A DNA stretch of 33,674 nucleotides from Chrysochromulina tobinii. Lineage: Eukaryota. The stretch spans positions 1-33,674 of the forward strand of contig JWZX01001537.1 in NCBI GenBank assembly GCA_001275005.1, read 5' to 3'. The notes below the pieces were generated by a model. The model was not told where the DNA came from. It ran no database searches and saw only the letters and a list, made by a program, of their open reading frames with translations. Below are positions 9,955 through 19,679 of this stretch, piece by piece (positions within the stretch are counted from its first letter, which is position 1; every line of letters begins with the position of its first letter). The position numbers and the translations under genes are program-made.

Positions 9955-10926
9955 ATGTTCGCTACTGCGGGGGTACTCATCATGCTCGTGCTCTACACGA
10001 TGTTCCTCCTTGGTGTCCTTTCCGGCTGGTTGTGGCTCCCATTTTCCCTTGAAGCGACGCTGTCCAAGATTGTACCAGGGATCGCTGCGTCCTTCTTCAC
10101 CTGCAGCGTGTTGTCCATGCGGGAACTATGCAGTGGTGCGGTCGTTGGCTGGCCGTACTTCAAGGTCCAACCTGTTGACCCAGAGATTACGAATTTGATG
10201 GCGACGCCGGTCGCCCTTTTCAGCGCACTTCTCATTCAGGGCGTTCTGCAGGTCATGTCGAGCGCGAACAGTCAGACTTTGTTGGTCACGCCCGCGTTGG
10301 TTGTGCACGTGGTCGCCACCCTCTTCTACACGTGGCAAGCCTTTGCCCCATCACCGTGCGAGCTGCAGTGTTGCTGGCCACTCGCTAGAGCAGGCATCAA
10401 CCCACTGCACAGTGCCCTCTGGATGTCGTCCGTCAGCAGTCAAGTGATGACGCTGTACGGGTTGAGCCAGAGCCTGCAGTCTGCGCCGTCCACCACCACG
10501 CTAGTCGCGGTCACGGGCCAGCGGCGCGTGTGCTTTGCGTTGCTTTGCGTGTCGACCATGCTCATCTCTGGTGCCTTCGCTGACGGCTACCTCCGTGATG
10601 AGCGCGTGAGCATAGCCATGGCGTTTGTGAGCTTCGTCGCGTTCTACGCGCTGCTGTTTACGGGCATCTACCTTCCACTCGTCGACTGCTACTCACACGC
10701 GGTGCTCTCCGACAACCCCAGGCGCAAGAAGAGCGCCACGAGCTACCGCGCGGTCTGCGCCTATCTCGTCCTCGCGTGGCACAGCTTCCCGATCGTTTGG
10801 ACAGCGAATGTTCTGGGTAAAGCGACGCGCACCCAGATCGAGATAGGCTACATCATTTGCGACGTCCTCGCGAAGTTTCTGCCGCCGTCGCTCTATTTGA
10901 CAGTGGCCACGTCCAGAACCAGATAG
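9955..10926 (+). CDS. Divergent microbial (type 1) rhodopsin-like protein with extra N-terminal TM helices
   Basis: Helix G EIGYIICDVLAKF (DxxxK; Lys codon 10873-10875), helix F WHSFPIVW, helix D STMLISG, helix C PLHSALWMSSVSS. About 9 hydrophobic segments, single exon, 323 aa from ATG 9955. Confidence 0.78.
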   Translation: MFATAGVLIMLVLYTMFLLGVLSGWLWLPFSLEATLSKIVPGIAASFFTCSVLSMRELCSGAVVGWPYFKVQPVDPEITNLMATPVALFSALLIQGVLQVMSSANSQTLLVTPALVVHVVATLFYTWQAFAPSPCELQCCWPLARAGINPLHSALWMSSVSSQVMTLYGLSQSLQSAPSTTTLVAVTGQRRVCFALLCVSTMLISGAFADGYLRDERVSIAMAFVSFVAFYALLFTGIYLPLVDCYSHAVLSDNPRRKKSATSYRAVCAYLVLAWHSFPIVWTANVLGKATRTQIEIGYIICDVLAKFLPPSLYLTVATSRTR

Positions 10927-11199
10927 TCCATCGCTCTACTTGAACGTGGCCACGTATACCGCGCACCGCGGCTCCGTAGAGAGCCACCGACAGCGACAAC
11001 CTGGCGAGCCGCCGTCGTTTTGTGTGTGTAACAAGATGCACGAGCTCTCGAACTATCCCCCAGGGAGGTGCCGTAGGGTTTCACACCTGTGCCTTAATTA
11101 GTTACGTGTGAAATTAAAGTTGAGGTCACATTTGCTGCGAATTAATTGCGGGAAACTCGATGTCGACAGTGCGAAGGTCGACTCCCTCGACTCCCCTCG

Positions 11200-13111
11200 A
11201 TGTCGACTGCGATGATGTTGATGCTCCTGATGTTCTCGGTGCAAGGGAGTGTTTGCGCACTCATGAAAGTTCCATTTGTCACATCTGCCAGAGCCAATGC
11301 GCCTTCTACTATGAGCCGCGTGGATTCCAGCGCCTGGCCCATAAGATGCACGACGCCTGGAAGCAGCCGCCGCTGTGATTCGCCAATGTGCGCTCTGTCC
11401 CGCGGACCAATGTTTTCGCCGATGTTCTCAAGAGCCCGGGCTGTTCCGCAGACGGACTTGCTGCCTCGTATACCCGGGTCTCCGTCCCGCAACCGCAAAC
11501 CGGTCGTCAAGACCCCTGGCTATTTGACCACTGGTCCAATTCTGCTCTCGTGGATCGGCGCCATTGTGACTCTGATCTTGCAAGCATCGCTCACCGACTG
11601 GGCACAGCTCGGGCTGGATGCGCAAGCGACTTTTGGCTTTCTTTCAAATGACCCCACCTTGCAACGCGTTGCGATGTACTCATGCATCTTCGTATCCGCC
11701 TTCGGTTGGAGCGCTGCGGTTATGCCACGACTGCTACCCCCGAAGCAGTCGCAGCCAGATGCCGACGGGAAGACAGTCTCCCTTGAGGTGCCTCTCCGGA
11801 GCCCGAGCAGCATGGTGCAGCACCCGCTAAATGGAATCGACGCCTCATACATGGCTCTCAACGCGCTCTGCATGCCCGGCCTCTTCTATCACTTCATCTG
11901 CCTGATGCGCTCCTTCGGCCTTGACTTCGCCTCGCCGCCTATGTTCGGCATCTACCCCGAATCCCCATTCGAACTCGTGACACAGACATTGCCGGAACTG
12001 GTGGTTGCAGTGCCGCTCTACATGGTGAGCTACGAGTTCGTGTACTATTGGTGGCATCGCGCCATGCATGTTTCGCCCATCCTGTACAAGTGGGTGCACC
12101 GGCTCCCTCGGCTCTGATTGCCTCTGATGGTCGCTGATTGCATAGTCTCTGATGGCCTCTGATGGCCTCTGATGGCCTCGGATGACCCCCCTTTTCAGGT
12201 GGGTGCACCGGCACCACCACCAGCAGACGTACCCCGACCGCGGCCTCGTGGACACCTTCAACACGTGCTGCATCGAGTCGCAAGTGGGCCTCTACATGCA
12301 GCTGGGCGTGCTGTGGGCCTTCGATCGTGGCCTTGGGTACTCCAGCCTACCAGGCGCCATCTGGTTCTTCAGCATCGCAGGCTTGCTCTCTGTGCTCTCG
12401 CACGACAACATGGATCGCGCCTTGCCCTTTGATCTCTGGCGAGCAGACGAGCATCACATGCATCATGCGATTGCCAAATGCAATTACGCCCCATACACAA
12501 CGCTGTGGGACCGCGTCTTTGGGACGTATAAGGAATTCGAAGTGAAGCCCGTCACGGCGCCCCGCGAGCTACTACCGGAAGAGGCGATGGCGATTGCTTT
12601 CCTTCCGGTAGTAGCACGCGAACGCGAACCAGAAGGGTCGATGGCACTCGCCCCGATGCGCATCACCGTGTCGGACAGCGCCACCGCTGCTGCCGTGCCG
12701 CCGCTGGCAGAGCGAGAGAGGGAGATTGCAATCTCGAGAGAGAGTGAGATTGCGCGCTTGTCGGAACGCATCTGGAAGGCGGTCCATCACCGCCTTGGCA
12801 TCAGCGACGTCGCAAAAGAAGATGCGATGGAGATGAAAATGAGCCTCGCAAAAGAAGATGCCATCGGCGAGGACCGAGATGACCTCAATGACCTCATGGA
12901 CAGGTCCGCTGACAACGGCCGTCTCAACGGCTACTGCGACGAAGACGACGAGGCCTGCCGCCTCGAGGATCAGCTTGAACGTTCGCAGCTGGTCGATGGC
13001 GATAACATGGTAAAAATGCGAGGGCTCGCCTGGGGCTCCGCCTCGATCATCACCACGCTGCTGTTGTTGTTTGCTGCAATGATGATTTCCTCCGAGAGCC
13101 CGGCGCTCTGA
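11200..13111 (+). CDS. Fatty-acid hydroxylase / sterol desaturase superfamily di-iron membrane enzyme with bipartite presequence. Exons 11200-12089, 12199-13111 (600 aa)
   Basis: His boxes YYWWHRAMH, WVHRHHHQ and EHHMHH followed by NYAPYTTLWDRVFGTY. Signal peptide MSTAMMLMLLMFSVQGSVCA followed by an S/R-rich transit-like segment. Confidence 0.88.
12090..12198 (+). other. Spliceosomal intron (109 nt, phase 2), duplication plus 10-nt array, family 2
   Basis: GTGGGT...TTTTCAG. The first 14 nt (GTGGGTGCACCGGC) are identical to the next exon start. Body is (CTCTGATGGC)-like decamers. Removal restores YKWVHRHHH. Confidence 0.9.
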
Positions 13112-13353
13112 GAGAGGCAATGGAGACCCTTGTACTTATACTCGAGTTCACCACGCTCGACGCTGCCCACTGTTTCAGCGTTGATCCAAAGGGGAGTGGT
13201 CCAAAGGGGAGTGGTCTACTATTTTATCCCCCCTGTTTGAGATATGCAAAAATTTCTCCTTCACAAGTTTAGTTTCCAAAAATAGAGCTCCACAAACGTA
13301 AACCGAGCACACAATCCGCCCGTCGACCGCCCGTCCCCAACAGCCTCGAGACC

Positions 13354-13686
13354 ATGGGCGGACATGATTCTTCGATCATGGTGCTATCCTCTTGCGCGCA
13401 AGTCACAACGTCCTGGCTACCGCGCTCCATCTACGTTCTGCTTCGCAAGATGATTCCATCACTGCCGAGCTCAGACCAGTGCCTCGAATACTCGAGTACT
13501 TCGGCCGGCAGCGCCTACGCCACCGCAGTCGACTGTGATGTTCGTAAGCAATCGCAGCAGCTGCCGCCGCCCTCGTCCAATCCACCACACCATTCTCATC
13601 AGCCGCTACATCATCATCATCATCATCAACAGCAGCAGCAGCAGCAGCAGCAGTGGCAGCATCGGCAGCAACGGCAGCAGGAACAT

Positions 13687-13717
<31 letters not shown>

Positions 13718-15264
13718 AGCCCAAATCGCCGCAGTGGCCGAGCAAAGCCTCGCAGCAGCCCGCGCCCGTGCCAGCATCGTGGCAGCCGGAGATTGACGCA
13801 GAACAGGCAGCGCCACCACCGCCGCCGCCGCCGCCACCACCACCGCCGCCGCCGACGACGACGACGATGACGCCCTCGCTGTACACAAGTCGCTCATACG
13901 TCATCGATGGGCTCAGTTTCGAGGTGGACGCCCGCTACACGATCAGGTCGATGGTGGGTAAGGGAGCGTACGGCCTCGTCTGTGCCGGCGAGGACACACG
14001 ACCGCCGCCCGAGACGGAACCGACGGCCAGCAGCAGTTCCGTAGTCCCTTCGAGCAGCGACAACTCGTTCGACGCGCGTACGCCGGACGCTCAGTACGAC
14101 GCGCGTTCGCCGGGCAACCACGCGGCCGCGGAAGCTGCGTCGACCAGGGCCAGGCCGGCGCCGGCGATGGTGGCGGTTAAGAAGGTGCTCGACCCCTTTC
14201 ACGACCACACTGACTGCAAGCGGCTTCTGCGGGAGGTTCGTCTGTTACGCTCGCTACGCCACCCGAACGTGCTCCACTTGACCGACCTGATGCCACCGCC
14301 CTCGCTCTCGCTCGCCGACTGGACCGACGTGTACCTCGTCACGAGGCTCTTCGATACGAATCTGCACCGTGTCATCTACTCGGGTCATACGCTCACGGAC
14401 GCGCATGTGCAGTACATCCTGTGGCAAGTCTTCCGCGCGCTCCGGTACCTGCACACGGCAGGCGTGGTGCACCGCGATATGAAACCGACCAACCTGCTGC
14501 TCAATCGAGACTGCGAGCTTGCCCTCGCCGACTTCGGTCTTGCGCGCTTGCTTATCCCATACAGCGGCGAGCCACACGTCGCTGTCGGCCACCGACGCGG
14601 CGGCAGTGGCGGTGGCGGCGGCGGCGGCGGCGGCGAGGGGGACACACCGCCGGCAGAGCCACGCTCGAAGTCAGGCCAGCTCACGAGGTACGTTGTCACG
14701 CGATGGTATCGCGCACCCGAGCTCCTCGTACAGAATCGTGTGTACGACTTCAAGGTGGACATGTGGTCGGTGGGCTGCATCCTCGCCGAGCTACTCGGGG
14801 TGAAGGCTCTTTTCCCTGGGAAGGACTCGCTGCACCAGCTGCGGCTCGTGGTTGAGCAGCTTGGCGTGCCCACGCCCGAGGAGCTGCTCGGGATCCACAA
14901 TGAGCAAGCCGTGCAATACATTCGAAACCTCGTCCCTCGTGATCCCGCGGGCGCATCGCCCGCGGCGGCCGCCGAGCGCTTCGCGCGCCTCTATCCGCAG
15001 GCGCACCCCCTCCTCCTCGACCTGCTGGCACAGTTGCTTCACTTCGACCCGAAGAAACGGCCGAGCGCTGCCGAGGCTCTCGCACATCCGTACCTTGCCG
15101 CCTATCGTGACGCGCCCGAAGAGGTTCTGCCCATCCCCGAGATTGAGATGGGATTCGAGAGCGAGGCGCCCACTAAGGAAACCCTGCGTCAACTGATCTG
15201 GGAAGAGGTGCTGCGCTACCACCCGCATCTCGCGCGGCCCCTGCCAGGCTCGCGCACTACCTAA
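13354..15264 (+). CDS. Mitogen-activated protein kinase (T-R-Y activation loop) with poly-H/Q/P N-terminal extension
   Basis: [62 protein letters not shown]. Start codon uncertain. Confidence 0.93.
13608..13870 (+). repeat. Coding trinucleotide repeats (CAT)n, (CAG)n, (CCG/CCA)n, (ACG)n
   Basis: Encode poly-His, poly-Gln, poly-Pro and poly-Thr tracts in the MAPK N-terminus. Confidence 0.9.
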
Positions 15265-15885
15265 GTAAAGTACCCGATACGACTTCGTGGTCGCAGCATA
15301 CGCTCATCGCATGGCAGTAGGTGTTGAGTGTTTGTCTTGGTGGGCGTCATGCTCATGGCGCGTGATGCATGGGAGTTATACGCGGTTGTATACTGCCGTC
15401 GTATCCTCTCACGAGATGGTGCCGTCGCCACTCGGCTGGTGGGCCGTGGGCGGGTCGGCGCGCGTCCGGGCGCCGGCCCAGTTCATCTCCTGCATGTTAT
15501 ATCGTTTGCGGTTTGGCCGCGGGCGACCAGACCCCGGCGCCAGCCCGGGACCGCACGCGCGCCCCCCGCGCCCGCTCGGCTCGCCGGGGCCCAACCCGGG
15601 GATGTCAAACGCCGACGACGCCCCCTCGAACGGTAGTAGCTAGTACGGTACCGCTCGTCGAAGCTAACGTTCTGACTTCCGTTGAGCGCATGGCGACCCA
15701 TTGATACTAGCAGCTCTTAAGAGCAACCTTTCAATATAGAAATATAGGTACTAAAAAGGCAGAGGCACTCGTGATAGGCTTCGTCAGAGTAATTATTGGG
15801 CGGCGTCCGCGGTCCGGTCGCGGCGTCCGGTCGCAGCGGTTCCGAGCACCGAGGTTGGGCATAGCTCGCTGTTGGACTTCATCAC

Positions 15886-16731
15886 TCATAAACGCTCGCG
15901 TCTGGCCGGCACCGGCGCGAGCGCGTACGTGAGCCACGATTTGCGGTCGGCATCACCCAGGTTGGGTTCGGGTACGGGAGCGAAGAGGCTGGTGCAGGCC
16001 GAGCCGCGATAACGGTCCTCGAGGTAGTCGAGGGCCGTGCGCGCGCCGAAGCACTTGAAGCCCGTCGTAGGGTCCTCGAGATGCGGCAGCGGCGCGGGCA
16101 GGCTGGTGGGCACATGCATGTAGGGAAGCTGCAGCTCGCACAGGCGCTCACGCACGAGACGCGAGCCCTCATCCGGTTCGCAGCCGTGAAGCACGAGGGG
16201 CGTGCTCTCGAGCGCGTCTGCGTGCTGCGACGGGGCTGCCGCCATCAGCCCGGCATTGGGCAGCGGGCGCAACCCACTCGGCGCCGCTAGCAATGCAAAG
16301 CTGAGCGCGAGTGGAAGGACGTTACCATTGAGAATGGCGTCTTCCCGGGGTCGGTCAACATCGGTCCCATAGGAAGACCAAAGATGCTCACAAATCGCTG
16401 CGCTCTGGTTGAGCGTCACTCCGGCGGTGCGGTCCTCGAGGAATGGGAACAGTAGATACCCTCCGAGTGCCTTGATCTTGTGCTTGTGGCGCGCCAACGA
16501 CCCATATGCGCCTTCCAGCCGAAGAGTTTCACGAGGGCAAGGCAGTATTAATGCCCGCAGCCCGAGAACGCACAAGGTCTCCCGCACACGTCGGCAGTAA
16601 GGGGAAGCCTCGTATTCGTAGAGGATAAGCTCGGGCATCGTTAACGGCCCACGCCGCTGCGCCAAGTGAGCGCCGTTCCAGAGCCGCGTCGCCGAAGCCA
16701 ATCGGTGCCATGTGCTCGAGCATGATGACAT
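15886..16731 (-). CDS. Thioredoxin-fold protein with two GST-N/glutaredoxin-like domains
   Basis: LYEYEASPYCRRVRETL..PCPR..FPFLEDRTAGVTLNQSAAICEHL. Second, degenerate domain: LVLHGCEPDEGSRLVRERLCELQLPY..LPHLEDPTTG. Confidence 0.85.
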   Translation of the reverse strand: MSSCSSTWHRLASATRLWNGAHLAQRRGPLTMPELILYEYEASPYCRRVRETLCVLGLRALILPCPRETLRLEGAYGSLARHKHKIKALGGYLLFPFLEDRTAGVTLNQSAAICEHLWSSYGTDVDRPREDAILNGNVLPLALSFALLAAPSGLRPLPNAGLMAAAPSQHADALESTPLVLHGCEPDEGSRLVRERLCELQLPYMHVPTSLPAPLPHLEDPTTGFKCFGARTALDYLEDRYRGSACTSLFAPVPEPNLGDADRKSWLTYALAPVPARRERL

Positions 16732-17231
16732 TTCCGGGGCTGCTCGGATTCACAGTCAAAGTTTATAACTCGACACCCAGCCTCTGGGACTTTCCCGTAT
16801 TTGAATTCACTCAATATGTACGAAATTAGCGGTGGCGCAGAATTATCGGCGTGAGCTCTAACACTGAAGTGTTTGAGAGAACTATGAATACAGTCTGTAA
16901 CACGAACGAAGAACGTTACAGCAGTACACGTGAACGGACAAGAAGGCACGAAGCAGGTGCTGCGCTATAAGCGCTACGCACGCGCGCCCAGCCGGGTCCA
17001 CGGCCCTCGCCCCCTTGACCCAATTTGCAAACTCGCGTATTCGACGTCTCTTATCCTAAACTGTACAGTACATTGTATCCCCGGCTTTACAGTTATTACC
17101 GTCCGTCCATCCGCTCGTCTCCGTTCCTAAACAGTGCAGTACCGGTATATTCTCAACAAAATTCCCTCTCCTCGGCACCCCAAATCCCTCTCCTCGGCAC
17201 CCCGTGGCTTCGCCGTCCAAAATAATTATCC

Positions 17232-19157
17232 ATGGATGACGACCACGAGGACGAAAACGACCCGTCCAACGGCATCATAGCGCAATCACTTCCGCCGGCG
17301 CCGGTGCCGAACGGCGTCAGTGACAGGCAGCTGCCGCCTGCTGCCGCCTCGCTTAGCTCTCTCAATCGCAGTCAGCACCAGTCAATGCGTCCGATGTTTG
17401 AGGTCATTGCACCGCACGGAGTCATTGTGCGCGAGAAAATTGAGACGGCGTCGCGAGAGGTTTGCACGCTACCTTACGGCTCCAAGGTGATTGTTGTCGA
17501 CGCGCGAAGGAATGGCGAGGGTGCCCACCGCGTGTGCATCAAACATCCTGGCGTTCAGAATTCGCTTGGCTGGATCACAGCAAAGAAGCAGGAACGTGGG
17601 GAGACGAATGTAATGATCAAGGAGATTACCGAAGAGGCCTCTCATTCGCATGAGCCCCCCGGCAGCCACCATCGTCTCGTAACGCCATTGTGGGCCAGCA
17701 CACCCCCTGCATCTGCCCGCGGGCCCAGCACAGGACGAGACCTCCCAGGCTCATCACGTGGCTCCGCACGCGGCTTAGGCTGGAGCATATTGCAGCCGTG
17801 GGGAGCTCGGGCAACGCCCTCGTCTGCAAGTGGTTCCCACTCTTCTCTCTCAGATAGTCGATACCTCGCTTCAGCTCGAGGCTATGGATCTGCAAGAGCC
17901 AGCAGCACCGGTTCCCTATCTGCTAGAGGGAACCTCCTCTCGCCGTCAAGTGTCATCTTCCACAGCAGCACGCCTGGCACGCCGGGTTTCACACGCCGAC
18001 AATTCATTATTGATGCCGCCAAGACGGCACGAGAGGCAGCAGAGGCCAGCTTTCGGGCGAGCAGGAGCGGTAATGCCCCCGGTTTCTTCACTGGAAGAAG
18101 CGCCTCGAGTGCATCGAGTGAGGAGCCGAAGGCCCCGCGAGCGGCACACTCTCCGAAGTTATCCTCGCCGGACAAGGCTAAACGCGGCGGCAAGGTGAAT
18201 TCTGCGTCGCTGCTGATTACGTCGGCCGCACTCGAGGGCATTGCAGTCAATCTGCAGCAGCAGGCCGACACTCTGGAGAAAGGATTTGGACTCGAGAAGA
18301 CGGTTGCTATCCTGCTGGGCGAGGTGCTCTCGGCGCGCAACGTCAAGTTGGCCCAAATGGTCAAGCAGTTGGCTAAAAATGGCGAGGACCCTATTTCAAA
18401 GATGGAATTTCGACAGCGTGTGCGCAAACTGCTTCCCAAGGTGGATACGATCAAGATCGATGCACTCTTTGTGGAGTGGGACAAGGATGGTGGCGGCTCT
18501 CTGGACGTGGACGAGCTCAAGGATGCCCTGAGACAATGTTGCGAGAGTGCAGCAAAATATGCGGAGCTGTCGGCGAACGCGCGTTCAAAGATCACGCGGC
18601 TGCAAGAGCGCATGGCGCAAGCGCGAGAAGCGGCAGCCGCCATGGCTGCCGTCGAAAACGCCAACGTGGAGATCGAAAGGATCTCCGCGATGGTGAACAC
18701 GAGCACTGAGTTCCGGCTAGGAACGTTGCTTTTGCAGAAAGCGTCCAGCTTGAAGATGTCCGACATCGTGCGAAAGTGGGATGCGAACGGTGATGGGAAG
18801 ATTGACCCCGACGAGTTCAGACTGAATGTGAAGAAGCTCGGTCTTGTCGCGCCCAATTTCGAGATTGACCGGTTGTTCAGGGACCTAGATGTCGACAATG
18901 GTGGCGACCTCGACGAAGACGAGGTCAAGCAAGGGTTCCGCGACCTGATGGAATCAGCATCAAGGGATGCAGCGCGCCAAAAGGAGCTGCGACAGACATT
19001 GTCTGCGCTCGTGAGTTCTGCACGCGCGTTGCAAGCCGAGCTCCGCAAGCGGAATCAGGAAGAAGAGGCAGCCGCCATTCAGGAAGAAAAGGAGGAGGCT
19101 GCAAGGCAGGCGAAGGTGGCCACGTCGGCGAAGGTCATGGCGAATGTGACTTGCTGA
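17232..19157 (+). CDS. EF-hand calcium-binding protein with N-terminal SH3-like domain and coiled coils
   Basis: EF loops DKDGGGSLDVDE, DANGDGKIDPDE, DVDNGGDLDEDE, plus degenerate AKNGEDPISKME. N-terminal beta-rich segment GVIVREKIETASREVCTLPYGSKVIVV...LGWIT. Confidence 0.82.
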   Translation: MDDDHEDENDPSNGIIAQSLPPAPVPNGVSDRQLPPAAASLSSLNRSQHQSMRPMFEVIAPHGVIVREKIETASREVCTLPYGSKVIVVDARRNGEGAHRVCIKHPGVQNSLGWITAKKQERGETNVMIKEITEEASHSHEPPGSHHRLVTPLWASTPPASARGPSTGRDLPGSSRGSARGLGWSILQPWGARATPSSASGSHSSLSDSRYLASARGYGSARASSTGSLSARGNLLSPSSVIFHSSTPGTPGFTRRQFIIDAAKTAREAAEASFRASRSGNAPGFFTGRSASSASSEEPKAPRAAHSPKLSSPDKAKRGGKVNSASLLITSAALEGIAVNLQQQADTLEKGFGLEKTVAILLGEVLSARNVKLAQMVKQLAKNGEDPISKMEFRQRVRKLLPKVDTIKIDALFVEWDKDGGGSLDVDELKDALRQCCESAAKYAELSANARSKITRLQERMAQAREAAAAMAAVENANVEIERISAMVNTSTEFRLGTLLLQKASSLKMSDIVRKWDANGDGKIDPDEFRLNVKKLGLVAPNFEIDRLFRDLDVDNGGDLDEDEVKQGFRDLMESASRDAARQKELRQTLSALVSSARALQAELRKRNQEEEAAAIQEEKEEAARQAKVATSAKVMANVTC

Positions 19158-19679
19158 GCACCCCAAGTCCTTGACAACCCGCGAGACTCTTTCTCAGTCC
19201 CACACACCGGACAGTCTTATTAGGCCGGTGTTCGGGATTGGACTTTTACTCATAGAGGATAGACTCAGCTGCGTAGCCGCGTACAAGGTACGCTACTAAT
19301 CTAGTAGACTTGCCCACGTCTTATCGACGTCTACTCGTATTTAACATGTCGGTACACGCGCTGTGAACAGGAGGTGAAGATTCAAGATACAGCCGGCAGT
19401 ACCTCGCACTTGCGACTACCGCGCCTGTCGAGTAGGAAATTCCTAAACACCTCGCCTCTCATTCACAAGTGAAGAGACAAGCAAGCAAGCTAATTAGTCG
19501 AAACACACTGAAGAGTCAAGCGAAGCGGCATTGCCCGTGCGTCAAACAGTGTGCCTGTGGGGAAAGACGTGTTTACTCGTCACGCCGCCGCCGCCCGCCC
19601 AAGGCCCAAGCCACCCGCATCAACGCTGCGAGCTCTCGCGTGCTCCGCCCAAGGGCCAAGCCACCTTTGCGCTTGCGCA

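Noticed and set aside
17882..19048. 388-aa minus-strand ORF
   Set aside because: Antisense shadow of the EF-hand gene.
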